Below are positions 58,208 through 64,000 of a DNA stretch of 64,000 nucleotides, piece after piece. The DNA is from the human T2T-CHM13v2.0 reference genome, Homo sapiens. The notes below the pieces were generated by a model. It was not told the origin of the DNA, searched no databases, and saw only the letters and a program-made list of their open reading frames with translations. Positions within the stretch are counted from its first letter, which is position 1, and each line of letters starts with the position of its first letter. Both the position numbers and the translations under genes were made by a program. The stretch lies in the NCBI RefSeq assembly GCF_009914755.1, contig NC_060948.1, one strand, 5' to 3'.

Positions 58208-58688
58208 CTAGGGGAACGTGCTCACAGAAGCCCAGGTGAACTATCTATACTTTCTCCAATGCACAACCTCATGCAGGTGCCACCCAGGTTTTCTTTTAAA
58301 TTGTAATCTTAGGGGGTTAGAAGGCACTAAATTATTCACTAATAAGTCTTCTCTAACTTCTTGACTAATAAATCAATAAGTCAATGGGAAAAGATGGGTG
58401 TGGGCCTTGATATTCTTAATCTCCTTCCTCTAGTGGGACTGAATTGGGGTTGTCATCCTGATTTCTTTTTCAAAAAAGCTAGCAAGTGAGGCGGGACTCA
58501 AGGTCCAGGAACAGTACCAAACTCCTAGGCTGGAGTCGCGCAGGGCCTTCTGAGGTCCCTGCAGATAGGAGGCCTTAGTGGAGGTCCAGCTCCCTTTTCT
58601 AGGATGATAACTATGGACCCTTCCTGAAACACCAAGGAGGGCCTACTCTTTCTGCAAATTGCAATCTCTGGTTTCTGAGGGGTGAGAC

Positions 58689-58746
58689 TGTGTGTATGTG
58701 TGTATGTGTGTGTATGTGTGTGTATGTGTGTGTGTGAGTGTGTGTG
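58689..58746. repeat. (TG)n microsatellite with periodic TA interruptions
   Basis: TGTGTGTATGTGTGTATGTGTGTGTATG... Confidence 0.95.
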
Positions 58747-60045
58747 GACATGGCCTTCTGCTTCATTTCCAGGGGTTGTTTCCCTAGAAGAAATTCCTAG
58801 GGAATCTTGAGACTGTGCTGGAGGTTGTCATACTGCCAAAGTCAGTAAGAGTGTCTCAAGGCTATAATTAATATGTTTTCTGCACATTATTTTGTCAAGA
58901 TTACTTTTGCCAAATAATGTGTAAAAAAAAGTTGTTTATCCTTTACATTATTTTAATTAGGTCATCAAACAAACCTTTTATTTTCTTCAAATTTATTTTC
59001 AAGACACTTATTTAATTTTTGTTTTCTTCTTTGTTCAAATTGTTACCTGATTTAGAGCCAAATATTTAAAGAATGTGATACACAAATACTAAAAAGTGAC
59101 AACAATTTATTTGAGATGTAATTAAATTTCTTAAATTAGTAAATAATTTCAATAAACTTAGTTTATGTTACTTATATAAATTATTTTTCATCTTATCCTT
59201 AATCTTAAAAAAATTTAGCTAGGTACACAATTCAAAATTGAGGGATGATTTAAATAGGCAACTTAAAAATATTTTATTAGACATGTTGAGTAGTTTAATT
59301 CTCAAATATTTTTTCTTAGAAACCAATATACTTGACAATTGATATTGATAGTATCTACATAAGTGGCATTATAAACATGCTTTTATAGTTTCCAAAATTT
59401 TAGAAGAAAAAAATCTATTCTTGTCTTCATCAGTAAAACTTTAAGATTACAGCAATGAGATTATGTTGACCGGCTAAATTACCCACAAAAAACTGAAACA
59501 GATTAATTTACTTACTCTGTATCTTTCAGTATCTGATAATGAACAGATTTTAAGAGGCTCAGAATCTGCTTCAGTATAGAAATAAAGCCAAACAACTCTT
59601 CTGAAAGAATTATTAAAAATTTACAGAAAAAATTGATTATTTATAATATTTAAAAAATTGCCCAATTCATAGTTCAAAAAATACCATTCTTACTGTGTTT
59701 TACTACTGGCAGAAGGTGTGTTTTCTTAATGACCTGACACAACATAACCACTCTTTGTATATTATTTAATTGCCCAAAATCTACCCAGAACTGAAGGCTA
59801 ATTCTGCCAGTTCCTAAAAAGACAGTTTTCAGACACAAAACCATTTTCATTTAGGCTTGTTGCCTACATTGACCTTCCAGTAATGTCTGCCAGAACTACA
59901 CTTCTAAGAGCCCAGGAGAGTAGGGCAGAAATAAAGACTCCTTGGGTTATAACAAATATTTGGTTTTGTTCTTCCATATCACACAGTATTTCTATCCTCA
60001 GAGACAATAAGTTGAGGATGTGCTGTGTCAAGATCTACAATCAAG

Positions 60046-61080
60046 GCAAGGTGTAGTGGCTCATGTCTGTAATCTTAGCACTTTAGGGTGCCAAGGTGGG
60101 CAGATCACAAGGTTAGGAGATCAAGACCATCTTGCCTAAAACGGTGAAACCTCATCTCTACTAACTGGCCATCAGAGAAATGCAAATCAAAACCACAATG
60201 AGATACCATCTCACACCAGTTAGAATGGCAATCATTAAAAAGTCAGGAAACAACAGGTGCTGGAGAGGATGTGGAGAAATAAGAACACTTTTACACTGTT
60301 AGTGGGACTGTAAACTAGTTCACCCATTGTGGAAGTCAGTGTGGCGATTCCTCAGGGATCTAGAACTAGAAATCCCATTTGACCCAGCCATCCCATTACT
60401 GGGTGTATACACAAAGGACTATAAATCATGCTGCTATAAGGACACATGCACACGTATGTTTATTGTGGCACTATTCACAATAGCAAGGACTTGGGACCAA
60501 CCCAAATATCCAACAATGATAGGCTGGATTAAGAAAATGTGGCACATATACACCATGGAATACTATGCAGCCATAAAAAATGATGAGTTCATGTCCTTTG
60601 TAGGGACATGGATGAAACTGGAAATCATAATTCTCAGTAAACTATCACAAGGACAGAAAACCAAACAACACATGTTCTCACTCATAGGTGGGAATTGAAC
60701 AATGAGAACACGTGGATACAGGAAGGGGAACTTCACACTCTGGGGACTGTTGTGGGGTGGGGGGAGGGGGGAGGGATAGCATTAGGAGGTATACCTAATG
60801 CTAAATGATGAGTTAATGGGTGCATCACACCAGCATGGCACATGTATACATATGTAACTAACCTGCACATTGTGCACATGTACCCTAAAGTATAATAATA
60901 ACAATAAAAAAAAATACAAAGAATTAGCTGGGCTTGGTGGAGGGTGCCCGTATTCTCAACTACTTAGTATGCTGAGGCAGGAGAATCAAACCTCGGAGAC
61001 AGAGGTTGCAGATTGTACCATTGCACTACAGCCTGGGTGACAGATGGAGACTCCAACTCAAAGGAAAAAAAAAACAACAA
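60046..61080 (+). mobile_element. Alu split in its middle linker by an L1 insertion (left arm 60046-60164, right arm ~60913-61080)
   Basis: ...CATCTCTACTAA | L1 | AAAATACAAAGAATTAGCTGGG... Confidence 0.9.
60165..60912 (+). mobile_element. Young 5'-truncated L1 (L1PA3-like): ORF2 C-terminus, 3'UTR, poly-A
   Basis: ORF 60327-60698 WKSVWRFLRDLELEIPFDPAIPLLG...MFSLIGGN is the L1 ORF2p C-terminus; 3'UTR GCTAAATGATGAGTTAATGGG lacks the L1HS-Ta ACA signature. Confidence 0.93.

Positions 61081-64000
<2,920 letters not shown>

Noticed and set aside
60327-60698. 123-aa ORF as a host gene
   Set aside because: It is the C-terminus of L1 ORF2p in a 5'-truncated element, with a non-ATG start

Overview
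Primate (almost certainly human) repeat-rich genomic DNA, most likely chrY Yp11.2. That location is inferred from a ZNF736-like KRAB-ZNF pseudogene, a diverged beta-satellite block and an (ATAG)n(ATAC)n STR whose flanks match my recollection of DYS520. There is no intact protein-coding gene. In order: AT-rich flank and an old L1 (2.5-7.6 kb); a frameshifted ZNF736-like zinc-finger exon with its splice acceptor but no KRAB exons (7.66-8.86 kb, minus); a ~27 kb diverged ~68-70 bp beta-satellite (BSR) complex with multi-kb higher-order repeats (12.0-38.8 kb), containing a deleted HERV-K(HML-5)/LTR22 provirus that itself carries a solo HERV-W LTR17; a two-LTR, internally deleted HERV-W provirus (40.0-46.6 kb); a MER61-like ERV1 (47.5-53.4 kb); and a compact TATA/E-box/CCAAT promoter-like cluster (58.1-58.2 kb, minus). 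From ~61 kb a second diverged copy of the window's first 3 kb begins, so the window spans about one ~61 kb unit of an old tandem duplication. The most notable observations are this unit structure, the higher-order satellite organisation and BPY2-like peptide fragments on the antisense strand of the satellite. I found no convincing new biological system. All family names come from recalled consensus sequences, not database searches.
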